DNA from: Octopus sinensis
Taxonomy: Eukaryota
Direction of reading: 5' to 3'
NCBI RefSeq assembly: GCF_006345805.1
Contig: NC_043025.1
Location: forward strand, 4,278,001 to 4,342,000
DNA length: 64,000 bases
The notes beneath the pieces were generated by a model. The model did no database searches. It saw only the letters and a program-made list of their open reading frames with translations, and was not told where the DNA came from. This document shows positions 47,916-61,367 of this stretch, in pieces. The position numbers and the translations under genes are program-made. Within the stretch, counting starts at the first letter, position 1. The number at the start of each line of letters is the position of its first letter.

Positions 47916-50900
47916 GGCCAGATCCAGCCTGTCACACCTACCCTACAATGTCATTCTAAAAATAAACAATCACATCATTGAAATCTCAAGGCTATGAGAT
48001 AATGCATGATTAATTGAAAACAAGGCCAGATCCTGCCTCTCACACTTATCCTACAATGTTGTTCTAAAAATAAACAATTCTATCATTGAAATCTCAAGGC
48101 TATGAGATAATGCAGGATTAATTCAAAACAAGGCCAGATCCTGCCTCTCACACTTATCCTACAATGTCGTTCTAAAAATAAACAATTCTATCATTGAAAT
48201 CTCAAGGCTATGAGATAATGCATGATTAATTCAAAACAAGGCCAGATCCAGCCTGTCACACCTACCCTACAATGTCATTCTAAAAATAAACAATCTCATC
48301 ATTGAAATCTCAAAGCTCTGAGATAATGCATGATTAATTCAAAACAAGGCCAGATCCAGCCTCTCACACCTACCCTACAATGTCATTCTAAAAATAAACA
48401 ATCACATCATTGAAATCTCAAAGCTATAAGATAATGCAGGATTAATTAAAAACAAGGCCAGATCCAGCCTCTCACACCTACCCTACAATGTCATTCTAAA
48501 AATAAACAATCACATCATTGAAATCTCAAAGCTATGAGATAATGCATGATTAATTCAAAACAAGGCCAGATCCGGCCTCTCACACCTACCCTACAATGTC
48601 ATTCTAAAAATAAACAATCACATCATTGAAATCTCAAAGCTGTGAGATAATGCATGATTAATTCAAAACAAGGCCAGATCCAGCCTCTCACACCTACCCT
48701 ACAATGTCATTCTAAAAATAAACAATCACATTGAAATCTCAAAGCTGTGAGATAATGCATGATTAATTCAAAACAAGGCCAGATTCAGCCTCTCACACCT
48801 ACCCTACAATGTCATTCTAAAAATAAACAATCACATCATTGAAATCTCAAAGCTATGAGATAATGCAGGATTAATTCAAAACAAGGCCAGATCCAGCCTC
48901 TCACACCTACCCTACAATGTCATTCTAAAAATAAACAACCACATCATTGAAATCTCAAAAGCTATGAGATAATGTATGATTAATTGAAAGCAAGGCCAGA
49001 TCCAGCCTCTCACACCTACCCTACAATGTCATTCTAAAAATAAACAATCACATCATTGAAATCTCAAAGCTATGAGATAATGCATGATTAATTCAAAACA
49101 AGGCCAGATCCAGCCTCTCACACCTACCCTATAATGTCATTCTAAAAATAAACAATCACATCATTGAAATCTCAAAGCTATGAGATAATGCATGATTATT
49201 TCAAAACAAGGCCAGATCCAGCCTCTCACACCTACCCTACAATGTCATTCTAAAAATAAACAATCACATCATTGAAATCTCAAAGCTATGAGATAATGCA
49301 GGATTAATTGAAAACAAGGCCAGATCCTGCCTCTCACACTTATCCTACAATGTTGTTCTAAAAATAAACAATTCTATCATTGAAATCTCAAGGCTATGAG
49401 ATAATGCAGGATTAATTCAAAACAAGGCCAGATCCTGCCTCTCACACTTATCCTACAATGTCGTTCTAAAAATAAACAATTCTATCATTGAAATCTCAAG
49501 GCTATGAGATAATGCATGATTAATTCAAAACAAGGCCAGATCCAGCCTGTCACACCTACCCTACAATGTCATTCTAAAAATAAACAATCTCATCATTGAA
49601 ATCTCAAAGCTCTGAGATAATGCATGATTAATTCAAAACAAGGCCAGATCCAGCCTCTCACACCTACCCTATAATGTCATTCTAAAAATAACAATCACAT
49701 CATTGAAATCTCAAAGCTATGAGATAATGCATGATTATTTCAAAACAAGGCCAGATCCAGCCTCTCACACCTACCCTACAATGTCATTCTAAAAATAAAC
49801 AATCACATCATTGAAATCTCAAAGCTATGAGATAATGCAGGATTAATTCAAAACAAGGCCAGATCCAGCCTCACACCTACCCTACAATGTCATTCTAAAA
49901 ATAACCACATCATTGAAATCTCAAAAGCTATGAGATAATGTATGATTAATTGAAAGCAAGGCCAGATCCAGCCTCTCACACCTACCCTACAATGTCATTC
50001 TAAAAATAAACAATCACATCATTGAAATCTCAAAGCTATGAGATAATGCATGATTAATTCAAAACAAGGCCAGATCCAGCCTCTCACACCTACCCTACAA
50101 TGTCATTCTAAAAATAAACAATCACATTATTGAAATCTCAAAAGCTATAAGATAATGCAGGATTAATTGAAAACAAGGCCAGATCCAGCCTCTCACACCT
50201 ACCCTACAATGTCATTCTAAAAATAAACAATCACATCATCATTGAAATCTCAAAGCTATGATGATAATGCTGATTAATTCAAAACAAGGCCAGATCCGGC
50301 CTCTCACACCTACCCTACAATGTCATTCTAAAAATAAACAATCACATCATTGAAATCTCAAAGCTGTGAGATAATGCATGATTAATTCAAAACAAGGCCA
50401 GATCCAGCCTCTCACCCTACCCTACAATGTCATTCTAAAAATAAACAATCACATTGAAATCTCAAAGCTGTGAGATAATGCATGATTAATTCAAAACAAG
50501 GCCAGATTCAGCATAGCCCTCACACCTACCCTACAATGTCATTCTAAAAATAAACAATCACATCATTGAAATCTCAAAGCTATGAGATAATGCAGGATTA
50601 ATTCAAAACAAGGCCAGATCCAGCCTCTCACACCTACCCTACAATGTCATTCTAAAAATAAACAACCACATCATTGAAATCTCAAAAGCTATGAGATAAT
50701 GTATGATTAATTGAAAGCAAGGCCAGATCCAGCCTCTCACACCTACCCTACAATGTCATTCTAAAAATAAACAATCACATCATTGAAATCTCTCAAGCTA
50801 TGAGATAATGCATGATTAATTCAAAACAAGGCCAGATCCAGCCTCTCACACCTACCCTATAATGTCATTCTAAAATAAACAATCACATCATTGAAACTCT

Positions 50901-53588
50901 CAAAGCTAGAGATAATGCATGATTATTCAAAACAAGGCCAGATCCAGCCTCTCACACCTACCCTACAATGTCATTAAAAATAAACAATCACATCATTGAA
51001 ATCTCAAAGCTATGAGATAATGCAGGATTAATTGAAAACAAGGCCAGATCCTGCTCTCACACTTATCCTACAATGTTGTTCTAAAAATAAACAATTCTAT
51101 CATTGAAATCTCAAGGCTATGAGATAATGCAGGATTAATTCAAAACAAGGCCAGATCCTGCCTCTCACACTTATCCTACAATGTCGTTCTAAAAATAAAC
51201 AATTCTATCATTGAAATCTCAAGGCTATGAGATAATGCATGATTAATTCAAAACAAGGCCAGATCCAGCCTGTCACACCTACCCTACAATGTCATTCTAA
51301 AAATAAACAATCTCATCATTGAAATCTCAAAGCTCTGAGATAATGCATGATTAATTCAAAACAAGGCCAGATCCAGCCTCTCACACCTACCCTATAATGT
51401 CATTCTAAAAATAAACAATCACATCATTGAAATCTCAAAGCTATGAGATAATGCATGATTATTTCAAAACAAGGCCAGATCCAGCCTCTCACACCTACCC
51501 TACAATGTCATTCTAAAAATAAACAATCACATCATTGAAATCTCAAAGCTATGAGATAATGCAGGATTAATTCAAAACAAGGCCAGATCCAGCCTCACAC
51601 CTACCCTACAATGTCATTCTAAAAATAACCACATCATTGAAATCTCAAAAGCTATGAGATAATGTATGATTAATTGAAAGCAAGGCCAGATCCAGCCTCT
51701 CACACCTACCCTACAATGTCATTCTAAAAATAAACAATCACATCATTGAAATCTCAAAGCTATGAGATAATGCATGATTAATTCAAAACAAGGCCAGATC
51801 CAGCCTCTCACACCTACCCTATAATGTCATTCTAAAAATAAACAATCACATCATTGAAATCTCAAAGCTATGAGATAATGCATGATTAATTGAAAACAAG
51901 GCCAGATCCTGCCTCTCACACTTATCCTACAATGTCATTCTAAAAATAAACAATTCTATCATTGAAATCTCAAAGCTATGAGATAATGCATGATTAATTC
52001 AAAGCAAGGCCAGATCCAGCCTCTCACACCTACCCTACAATGTTATCTTAAAATAAACAATCACATCATTGAAATCTCAAAGCTATGAGATAATGCATGA
52101 TTAATTCAAAGCAAGGCCAGATCCAGCCTCTCACACCTACCCTACAATGTTATCTTAAAATAAACAATCACATCATTGAAATCTCAAAGCTATGTGATAA
52201 TGCATGATTAATTCAAAACAAGGCCAGATCCAGCCTCTCACACCTACCCTACAATGTCATTCTAAAAATAAACAGTCCCATCATTGAAATCTCAAAGCTA
52301 TGAGATAATGCATGATTAATTCAAAACAAGGCCAGATCCAGCCTATCACACCTGCCCTACAATGTCATTCTAAAAATAAACAATCACATCATTGAAATCT
52401 CAAAGCTATGAGATAATGCATGATTAATTCAAAACAAGGCCAGATCCGGCCTCTCACACCTGCCCTACAATGTCGTTCTAAAAATAAACAATCACATCAT
52501 TGAAATCTCAAAGCTATGAGGTAAGGCATGATTAATTCAAAACAAGGCCAGATCCAGCCTCTCACACCTACCCTACAATGTCATTCTAAAAATAAACAAT
52601 CACATCATTGAAATCTCAAAGCTATGAGATAATGCATGATTAATTCAAAACAAGGCCAGATCCAGCCTCTCACACCTACCCTATAATGTCATTCTAAAAA
52701 TAAACAATCACATCATTGAAATCTCAAAGCTATGAGATAATGCATGATTATTTCAAAACAAGGCCAGATCCAGCCTCTCACACCTACCCTACAATGTCGT
52801 TCTAAAAATAATTCTATCATTGAAATCTCAAAGCTATGAGATAATGCATGATTAATTCAAAACAAGGCCAGATCCTGCCTCTCACACTTATCCTACAATG
52901 TCATTCTAAAAATAAACAATTCTATCATTGAAATCTCAAAGCTATGAGATAATGCATGATTAATTCAAAGCAAGGCCAGATCCAGCCTCTCACACCTACC
53001 CTACAATGTTATCTTAAAATAAACAATCACATCATTGAAATCTCAAAGCTATGAGATAATGCATGATTAATTCAAAACAAGGCCAGATCCAGCCTATCAC
53101 ACCTGCCCTACAATGTCATTCTAAAAATAAACAATCACATCATTGAAATCTCAAAGCTATGAGATAATGCATGATTAATTCAAAACAAGGCCAGATCCGG
53201 CCTCTCACACCTGCCCTACAATGTCGTTCTAAAAATAAACAATCACATCATTGAAATCTCAAAGCTATGAGATAAGGCATGATTAATTCAAAACAAGGCC
53301 AGATCCAGCCTCTCACACCTACCCTACAATGTCATTCTAAAAATAAACAATCACATCATTGAAACCTCAAAAGCTATAAGATAATGCATGATTAATTCAA
53401 AACAAGGCCAGATCCAGCCTCTCACACTTATCCTACAATGTCATTCTAAAAATAAACAATCACATCATTGAAATCTCAAAGCTATGAGATAATGCATGAT
53501 TAATTCAAAACAAGGCCAGATCCGGCCTCTCACACCTACCCTACAATGTCGTTCTAAAAATAAACAATCACATCATTGAAACCTCAAG
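47916..53588 (+). repeat. 108-bp satellite (~52 copies) derived from the piggyBac-like MITE interior
   Basis: Monomer GGCCAGATCCAGCCTCTCACACCTACCCTACAATGTC...GATTAATTCAAAACAA; MITE left end at 47898, MITE 3' segment at 53589-53634. Confidence 0.95.
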
Positions 53589-53865
53589 AATGTGAATAAA
53601 TAAGCATTACATTTGCCACAGTAATCGGAATGCTGACTGATTAAGCCAGTCATGTCAAGCTCAAATACTGTAAATGTTTTATGCCGAATCTGGCCAGATC
53701 CATTTTAGGGGTTAGAAAAGAAAGGAGACGTGAAGGCAAACACAGTTTCAGTCTGAGATGTGGACCCTTCAGTGAATTCTATTTGGGTTTATCTTATTAT
53801 TCCATGTTGGTGTTAGAATGAAACGACATGGAGGGCTGACTCTGTGTGTGTAGTATGTATGTATG

Positions 53866-53914
<49 letters not shown>

Positions 53915-54221
53915 TATCTGACTGGCCTGGTGCAGCTTTCGGGCTCCCCAGACCCCAGTTGAACCGTCCAACCCATGCTAGCATGGAAAGCGGACGTTAC
54001 CATGATGATGATGATGATATATATATATACATATATATATATATATGTGTGTGTATGTATGTATATATATATATATGTATGTTTATATATATATATGTAA
54101 ATATATGTATGTTTATATATATATATGTAAATATATGTATGTTTTTATATATGTAAATATATGTATGTTTTTATATATGTGTATATATATATATATATAT
54201 ATGTAAATATATGTATGTTTT

Positions 54222-54268
<47 letters not shown>

Positions 54269-54721
54269 ATATGTATATGTGTGTGTATATATATTTGACT
54301 TTGTATGCATGACCTCACACTTGCTTGTCTCTGGCTTTGAATGCGAGAATCTTAGCTGTGTTGTTCAAGCTATTATTAACTTCAAATTTCAGTAAGTGCA
54401 TTGCTTGCGCCCAATTTCCAAACCGCTAGGGATAAAGGAATAAGATAATTTGTCAGTGATGGTCATGCTTGTCTGTGAGTTGACAGCCACCATGTTTGTG
54501 TGTGCGCCTATGTATTTATCCAGATTCTTATTTTGTATATGTGTGTGTATCAGTTTTCCCTATAATTATTGTTAGGTATCATATAAAACTTTTGGCGCGG
54601 TATTTATTATCATGGAGTTTACCAAGTACCTGCTTCTAAATTAAAATGTGCAGCTGCGCCTCGCACATCGTAACAGCAATGTTTGAGTGAGTGTGTGTGT
54701 GTATACATATGCATATACATA

Positions 54722-54894
54722 GGCGTAGGAGTGGCTGTGTGGTAAGTAGCTTGCTTACCGACCACATGGTTCCGGGTTCAGTCCCACTGCGTGGCACCTT
54801 GGGCAAGTGTCTTCTACTATAGCCTCGGGCCGACCAAAGCCTTGTGAGTAGATTTGGTAGACGGAAACTGAAAGAAGCCCGTTGTATATATGTA

Positions 54895-54931
<37 letters not shown>

Positions 54932-55145
54932 GTGTGTGTGTGTCTGTGTTTGTCCTCCCAACATCGCTTGACAACTGATGCTGGTATGTTTACGTACCTG
55001 TAACTTAGCGGTTCAGCAAAAGAGACCGATAGAAGAAGTACTAGGCTGCCAAAAAATAAGTCCTAGGGTCTATTTGCTCAACTAAAGGCGGTGCTCCAGC
55101 ATGGCCACAGTCAAAATTACTGAAACAAGTAAAAGAGTAAAAGAG
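54722..55145 (+). mobile_element. SINE family A
   Basis: Full head, body and GTAAAAGAG tail. Confidence 0.9.
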
Positions 55146-55157
55146 ATATATATAGAC

Positions 55158-55203
<46 letters not shown>

Positions 55204-55284
55204 GTGAAGAATGCATGTGTGCACATAAATGTGTGTATTTGTGTATTTATTTAAATTCATAGTGTATGGATACGTACGTACGTT

Positions 55285-55370
<86 letters not shown>

Positions 55371-55643
55371 CCCTTTATATGTTTCATTTTGAAGATTTTT
55401 TTTGTATCTAATCAGTTTTTTTTGTTCATGTCTTTGCATGGCTAAGTTAGTTTGATTGAATATATATGCACTTGTGAGATTTTGAGGAGACTGCCATATA
55501 TAGATTGATATATATATATGTATATGTATATATATTGAGGCTTTTTTTTTTGTTGTTTGTTTGTTTTTTTTTTTTCTCCATCGCTTAGGTTTGTGGTGAC
55601 AAAGATATCATTGTTTATATTTCCAATGTTCCGTCTTCTTCAG

Positions 55644-55986
55644 GATGTTAGCCCACCTCGGGTGCAACCATCATTCACTCCTGACTTGCAGGCTGAATGG
55701 GAATCGTTTGAGAAGCTCATTTCAGCTGGACACGAGAGTGTGAAACCAGTTCTTCACCAGCATGGGACACTTGACGCTCAGAACGTGGCTGGTGTGTGCG
55801 AAGCGAAAGAGGCGGCGACCACTTTGAGCCGATGTGTCGACAGTGTTGCTGTTAAAGGTGACGGTGCTATTGGAACCAGTGAGAAGCCAACAGACTATGT
55901 ACCACTCAAGATAGGGGTAAGCTCTACCTCGGGTACCCAGTCTCCATGGAGTGCAAGCAGTAATCCAGAATCTGATAACCTAACAG
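55644..55986 (+). CDS. RS-domain protein gene, internal exon (alternative donor at 55916)
   Basis: Acceptor TCTTCTTCAG; open DVSPPRVQ...LQAEWESFEKLI...ESDNLT; donor ACAG|GTTGGT (phase 1) fits the microexon. Confidence 0.75.
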
Positions 55987-56066
55987 GTTGGTTTCATTTG
56001 ATTCTTTAGCTTTTTAGCATTCAGGTGATTGTCAAATGCAATGCCTTTTTTTTGTTTCATGCACGT

Positions 56067-57388
56067 AGGCGCAGGAGTGGTTGTGTGGTAAGTAGCTTGC
56101 TAACCAACCACATGGTTCCGGGTTCAGTCCCACTGCGTGGCACCTTGGGCAAGTGTCTTCTGTTATAGCCCCGGGCCGACCAATGCCTTGTGAGTGGATT
56201 TGGTAGGCGGAAACTGAAAGAAGCCTGTCGTATATATATATATATATAATATATATATGTCTGTGTTTGTGTGTCTGTGTTTGTCCCCCTAGCATTGCTT
56301 GACAACCGATGCTGGTGTGTTTACATCCCCGTCACTTAGCGGTTCGGCAAAAGAGACCGATAGAATAAGTACTGGGCTTACAAAGAATAAGTCCCGGGGT
56401 CGATTTGCTCGACTAAAGGCAGTGCTCCAGCATGGCCGCAGTCAAATGACTGAAACAAGTAAAAGAGTAAAAGAGAGTAAAGAGTATTGTTTTGAATTAA
56501 AAAGAATAAGTCCTGGGTTTGATTTCTTTGACTTAAAAAAAAATTGCCTTTCTGGTGGTGCTCCGGCACAGCCACAGTCAAAAACTGGAACAAGTAAAAG
56601 AATAGAAGAATATGTTTCAGTGTATGAGTGGCTGTGTGGTAAATAGCTTGCTTACTGACCACATGGTTCAGGGTTCAGTCCTACTACGTGGCACCTTCGG
56701 CAAGTGTCTTCTACTATAGCCTCGGGTCGACCAAAGCCTTGTGAATGAATTTGGTAGACTGAAACTGGAAGAAGCCCATGGTGTGTGTGTATATGTTTGT
56801 GTGTCTGTGTTTGTCCCCCTAGCATTGCTTGACAACCGATGCTGGTGTGTTTACGTACCTGTAACTTATCGGTTCGGCAAAAAGCAACCGATAGAATAAG
56901 TACTAGGCTTACAAAGAATAAGTCCCGGGGTCGATTTACTCGACTAAAAGGCAGTGCTCCAGCATGGCTGCAGTCAAATTACTCTTTACTCTTTTAGTCT
57001 TTTACTTGTTTCAGTCATTTGACTGCGGTCATGCTGGAGCACTGCCTTTAGTCGAGCAAATCGACCCTGGGATTTATTCTTTGTAAGCCCAGTACTTATT
57101 CTATCGGTTGCTTTTGTCGAACCGCTAAGTGACGGGGATGTAAACACACCAGCATCGGTTGTCAAGCGATGCTAGGGGGACAAACACAAACACACACATA
57201 CACGCACATATATATATACATATATACGACAGGCTTCTTTCAGTTTCCATCTACCAAATCCACTCACAAGGCATTGGTCGGCCCGGGGCTATAGTAGAAG
57301 ACACTTGCCCCAGATGCCACATAGTGGGACTGAACCTCGAACCATGTGGTTGGTAAACAAGCTACTTACCACACAGCCACTCCTGCGT
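56067..57388. mobile_element. Cluster of three SINE A copies (+, +, -)
   Basis: 56067-56480 (+), 56625-56985 (+), 56988-57388 (-). Confidence 0.9.
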
Positions 57389-57588
57389 CTGAAACAAATA
57401 GTAAAGAGTATACGTTTTTGGGGGAGAGTATTGTCATGCATTTATTGAGTTTCCTACAGAGGTAGGGTAGCATGCCTCTCCGATGCAGTTTGAAGAAATG
57501 AAAAAAAAATACATGAATATGTCGTAAATATTATTTACAACATACTTACAAACATGTTGTTACATCTCTCTCTCATTTCTCTTTTCAG

Positions 57589-57608
57589 AGGCGAAAAAAC
57601 AGCCTGAC
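57589..57608 (+). CDS. 20-nt microexon of the RS-domain gene ((E)AKKQPD)
   Basis: Strong pyrimidine tract CTCTCTCTCATTTCTCTTTTCAG and donor GAC|GTAAGT; converts phase 1 to phase 0. Confidence 0.7.
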
Positions 57609-57720
57609 GTAAGTATTGTTTTATTCACGCTCCAATCTGATCTGGCAGAGTTTCTACAGTTGGATGCCCTTCCCAACGCCAACCACTCCGAATGTGTAGT
57701 GGGTGCTTTTACGTGCTGCC

Positions 57721-57988
57721 AGCACGAGGGCCAGTCTGGCAGTACTGGCAACGGCCACACTCAAATGGTGTTTTTTTACGTGCCACCAGCACGAGGGCCA
57801 GTCTGGCAGTACTGGCAACGGCCACACTCAAATGGTGTTTTTTTACGTGCCACCAGCACGAGGGCCAGTCTGGCAGTACTGGCAACGGTCACACTCAAAT
57901 GGTATTTTTTTACGTGCCACCAGCACGAGGGCCAGTCTGGCAGTACTGGCAACGGTCACACTCAAATGGTGTTTTTTCACGTGCCACC
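57721..57988. repeat. 67-bp minisatellite x4 inside a family C element
   Basis: AGCACGAGGG recurs at 57721, 57788, 57855 and 57922. Confidence 0.9.
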
Positions 57989-58255
57989 TGCACAGGAATC
58001 AGTCCAGTGGCACTGGCAACAACCTCGCTCAAATGTTTTGTTCACGTGTCACCGGAACAAGTGCCAGTAAGGCGACGCAGGTAACGATGACGCTCAAATG
58101 GTGCTTTTTATGTGCCACCGGCACAGAAGCCAGACAGCTGCTCTGACAGTGATCCCGCTCAGATGGAGTTGTTAGCGCTCCACTGACATGGGTGCCAGTC
58201 ATCGAATTTGGTTCAATTTCGATTTTAGTTATTTCACTTATTTTAGTAAATAGTA

Positions 58256-58600
58256 ATGGATTTAGTAAAACAACTGTCATTATTAAACTGGTTTTCAGAA
58301 CATAACATATGTCTGTTGGTTCGAGGAGCACAACTGTTCAACTCCATTCCGGTACATGTCAGAAATCTATCAGGATGCAGTGTGGAATCATTCAAATTGC
58401 AACTGGATAGATACTTAAGCACCATTAGAGATGAACCCCATCTCCCAGGATATACACAACGAGCACAAACTGACTCAAACTCGCTCCTACACATGTCAAA
58501 ATTAAGCAGAGAATACAACCTGGCAACCACACCAGACTCTGAGGGTGGAGTCTTCGACTTGGCCTGAGCATGGACTCAAACCCAAATGAAATGAAATATG
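58256..58600 (+). mobile_element. CR1/L2-group LINE 3' fragment
   Basis: GAQLFNSIP..VRNLSGCSVESFKLQLDRYL..IRDEP and an (AAATG)n tail. Confidence 0.75.
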
Positions 58601-59304
58601 ACATTAATGGAAGGTTTTTAAATCACTTCAACTGTTTTGGTACCATATTTCTCTTGAAATCGAAAGCGCTTGGCCTAGTGGTTAGGCTGTTGCACTCATG
58701 ATTGCTAGGTTGTGGGTTCAGTTCTCTGACTGGGCAGCGTGTTGTGTTCTTGAGCAGAACACTTTATTTCACATTGCTCCAGTCCCCACTCCCATGAGCG
58801 GGAGTGTTGGCCTGCTCGCCCAGCCAGTGGGCTGGCATCATTCGGGGGCTAAAACAACGCAAGAAAATGCATTGTGATCAGCGATGTGTAACAACATCTG
58901 ATAGTCTGGTTGGTCATGTGATCATGTGATTTCTATTGAAATACTAAATTTATATTTCATTACGATGATGAGGATGATGATTTAATTTTGAAAATAGCAA
59001 AGAATTTAGCAAAATAATATTGCCATTATCAAGTTGGTGTTTAGCTAATAAATCAATGTGAAACTTTGGTGGAATGTTTTAATGTTTTTTTCACTTAAAA
59101 ATCAGAAAGTCTGTATCATAGGACTAGGGGGTATTCTGAAGCAAGATGGCACCAAAAGAGTTAATTGACTAGGTGAATGCTTTATCTGCACTGTAATATC
59201 TGTGACTTGGGTCAGCTTTTCTATTCTGACAAAATATATAGCCCTTGGCCAACCAAAGGCATTCTGGTGTTTTTGTATGTTCAGTGTGCCCTGGTTATGA
59301 TTAA

Positions 59305-60049
59305 CCCTTTAGCATTTAAACTGGCCATATCCTGCCAAAAGTACTCTGCCTCTTTTATGTTCAAACTGGCCATATCTGGCCTCTCACACCAACCCTACAA
59401 TCATCATCATCATCATCATCATTTAACGTCCGTTTTCCATGCTAGCACGGGTTGGACGGTTCGACCGGGGTCTGGGAAGCCAGGGGCTGCACCAGGCTCC
59501 AGTCTGATCTGGCAGTGTTTCTACAGCTGGATGCCCTTCCTAACGCCAACCACTCCGCGAGTGTAGTGGGTGCTTTTTACGTGCCACTGGCACAGGTGCC
59601 AGGGGAGTCTGGCATCGGCCACGATTGGTTGGTGCTTTTAACGTGCCACCGGCACGGAAGCCAGCCACGTTCGGATGGTGCTTTTTATGTGCCACTAGCA
59701 CAGAAGCCAGTCGCGGCTGCGCTGGCATTGGCCACGTTCGGATGGTGCTTTTTATGTGCCACCGGCACAGAAGCCAGTCGAGGCTGCGCTGGCATTGGCC
59801 ACGTTCGGATGGTGCTTTTTATGTGCCACCGGCACAGAAGCCAGTCGAGGCTGCGCTGGCATCGGCCACGTTCGGATGGTGCTTTTTATCTGCCACCGGC
59901 ACAGGTATCACAACTACTATTTCCAAATATTAAAAAAATTAACAGCTACCTCATCAAAATCTCATAGCTACAAGATAATGCATGATTAGTTCAAAACAAT
60001 GTGGATAAAGAAGCATTAATTTTGGTAGAATAATGTGAACACTAAAGGG
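59305..60049 (+). mobile_element. piggyBac-like MITE split by a family C element (~59401-59927, minus) that holds 67-bp repeats
   Basis: TTAA|CCC at 59301 and GGG|TTAA at 60047-53; CAGAAGCCAG recurs at 59701, 59768 and 59835. Confidence 0.85.
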
Positions 60050-60174
60050 TTAAAGGAATTTGGCTGCTATGTTTAGCATGTTGAGCAGCCACATAGAAGA
60101 ATCCCTTGTTGACTGAATATTGTAATGCTTGATTTTTTTTAATGTAATTTTTTTTTCACGCTCTTTTATCATAG

Positions 60175-60375
60175 GAGGAAATAAAAGTATCATCGAGGTC
60201 CTCCAGTAAATCCCCGGAGGCACATTCTCGCAGCATGTCTCCTGCAGACGACAAAGGTGCCGAGAAAGCCAGCCGCCTCTGCCGCTCTCGGAGTAGTACT
60301 CCGGGCCACAGCTCTCGCAGTCACTCAGGAAGTGATTCTGCACAATCGAGGAGTTCGTCCCGTGAACGAAGTCGT
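60175..60375 (+). CDS. RS-domain protein gene, internal exon
   Basis: Acceptor TTTTATCATAG; EEIKVSSRSSSKSPEAHSRS...SRERSR; donor CGT|GTAAGT; 201 nt, phase 0-0. Confidence 0.85.
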
Positions 60376-61322
60376 GTAAGTACCACCATAAATATCATCA
60401 TCCTCATCACCATCATCATCGTTTTAACATCCGTCATTCCATGCCCACGTTGGTCAAACTGAATTTGTTGGGGGCACATCTCTCTGGGAATCGAAACCGC
60501 GATCCTACAACCGTGAGTCCGCTGCCCTAACGTGACCAACCAGGCTATCAGATGTTGCTACTCATTGCTGGTCACAATGTGCTTCGCATTGTTTTAGCCT
60601 TCGAATGATGCCACCCTGCTGGCTAAGCGAGCAAGCCAACAGAAGAAAGAGTGAGAGAAGGTTGTGGCGAAAGAGTACTTCAGGGATTGCCACCACCCCC
60701 TGCCGGAGCCTCGTGGAGCTTTTAGGTGTTTTTGCTCAATAAACACTCACAACATCTGGTCTGGGAATGGAAATCACGATTCTACGACCGCGAGTCCACT
60801 ACCCTAACCACTCGGCCATTGCGCTTCCACATATCATGATGATGATCATCATCATCGTTTAACGTCCGTTTTCCATGCTAGCATGGGTTGGACGGTTCAA
60901 CTGGGGTCTGGGAAGCCAGAAGGCTGCGCCAGGCCCAGTGTTTCTACAACTGGATGCCCTTCCTAACGCCAACCACTCCGTGAGTGTAGTGGGTGCTTTT
61001 TACGTGCCACCTGCACAGGTGCCAGGCAAGGCTGGCAAACGGCCATGGTCGGATGGTGCTTTTTACGTGCCACCGACACGGGGACTTATTTCAGTCATTT
61101 AACTGATATATGTACATATATATTGGACTTGTTTCAGTCATTTAACTGTGGTCATTCTGGGGCACCACCTTAAAGGGTTTTAGACAAAAAAGTCTACTCC
61201 AGGACTTATTTTTTCTAAAGCCTAGTACTTATTCTATCAGTCTCTTTTGCCGAACTGCTAAGTTACGTGGACTTAAGCACAACACCGGTTGTCAGGTGGT
61301 GGTGGATGACAAATATAGACAT

Positions 61323-61367
<45 letters not shown>

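Noticed and set aside
47916-53588. Regular array as a CRISPR locus
   Set aside because: Units are contiguous near-identical monomers with no unique spacers, and the context is eukaryotic
57660-58146. 130-147-aa repetitive ORFs (also 59452-59967)
   Set aside because: Read-through of 67-bp tandem repeats within family C elements
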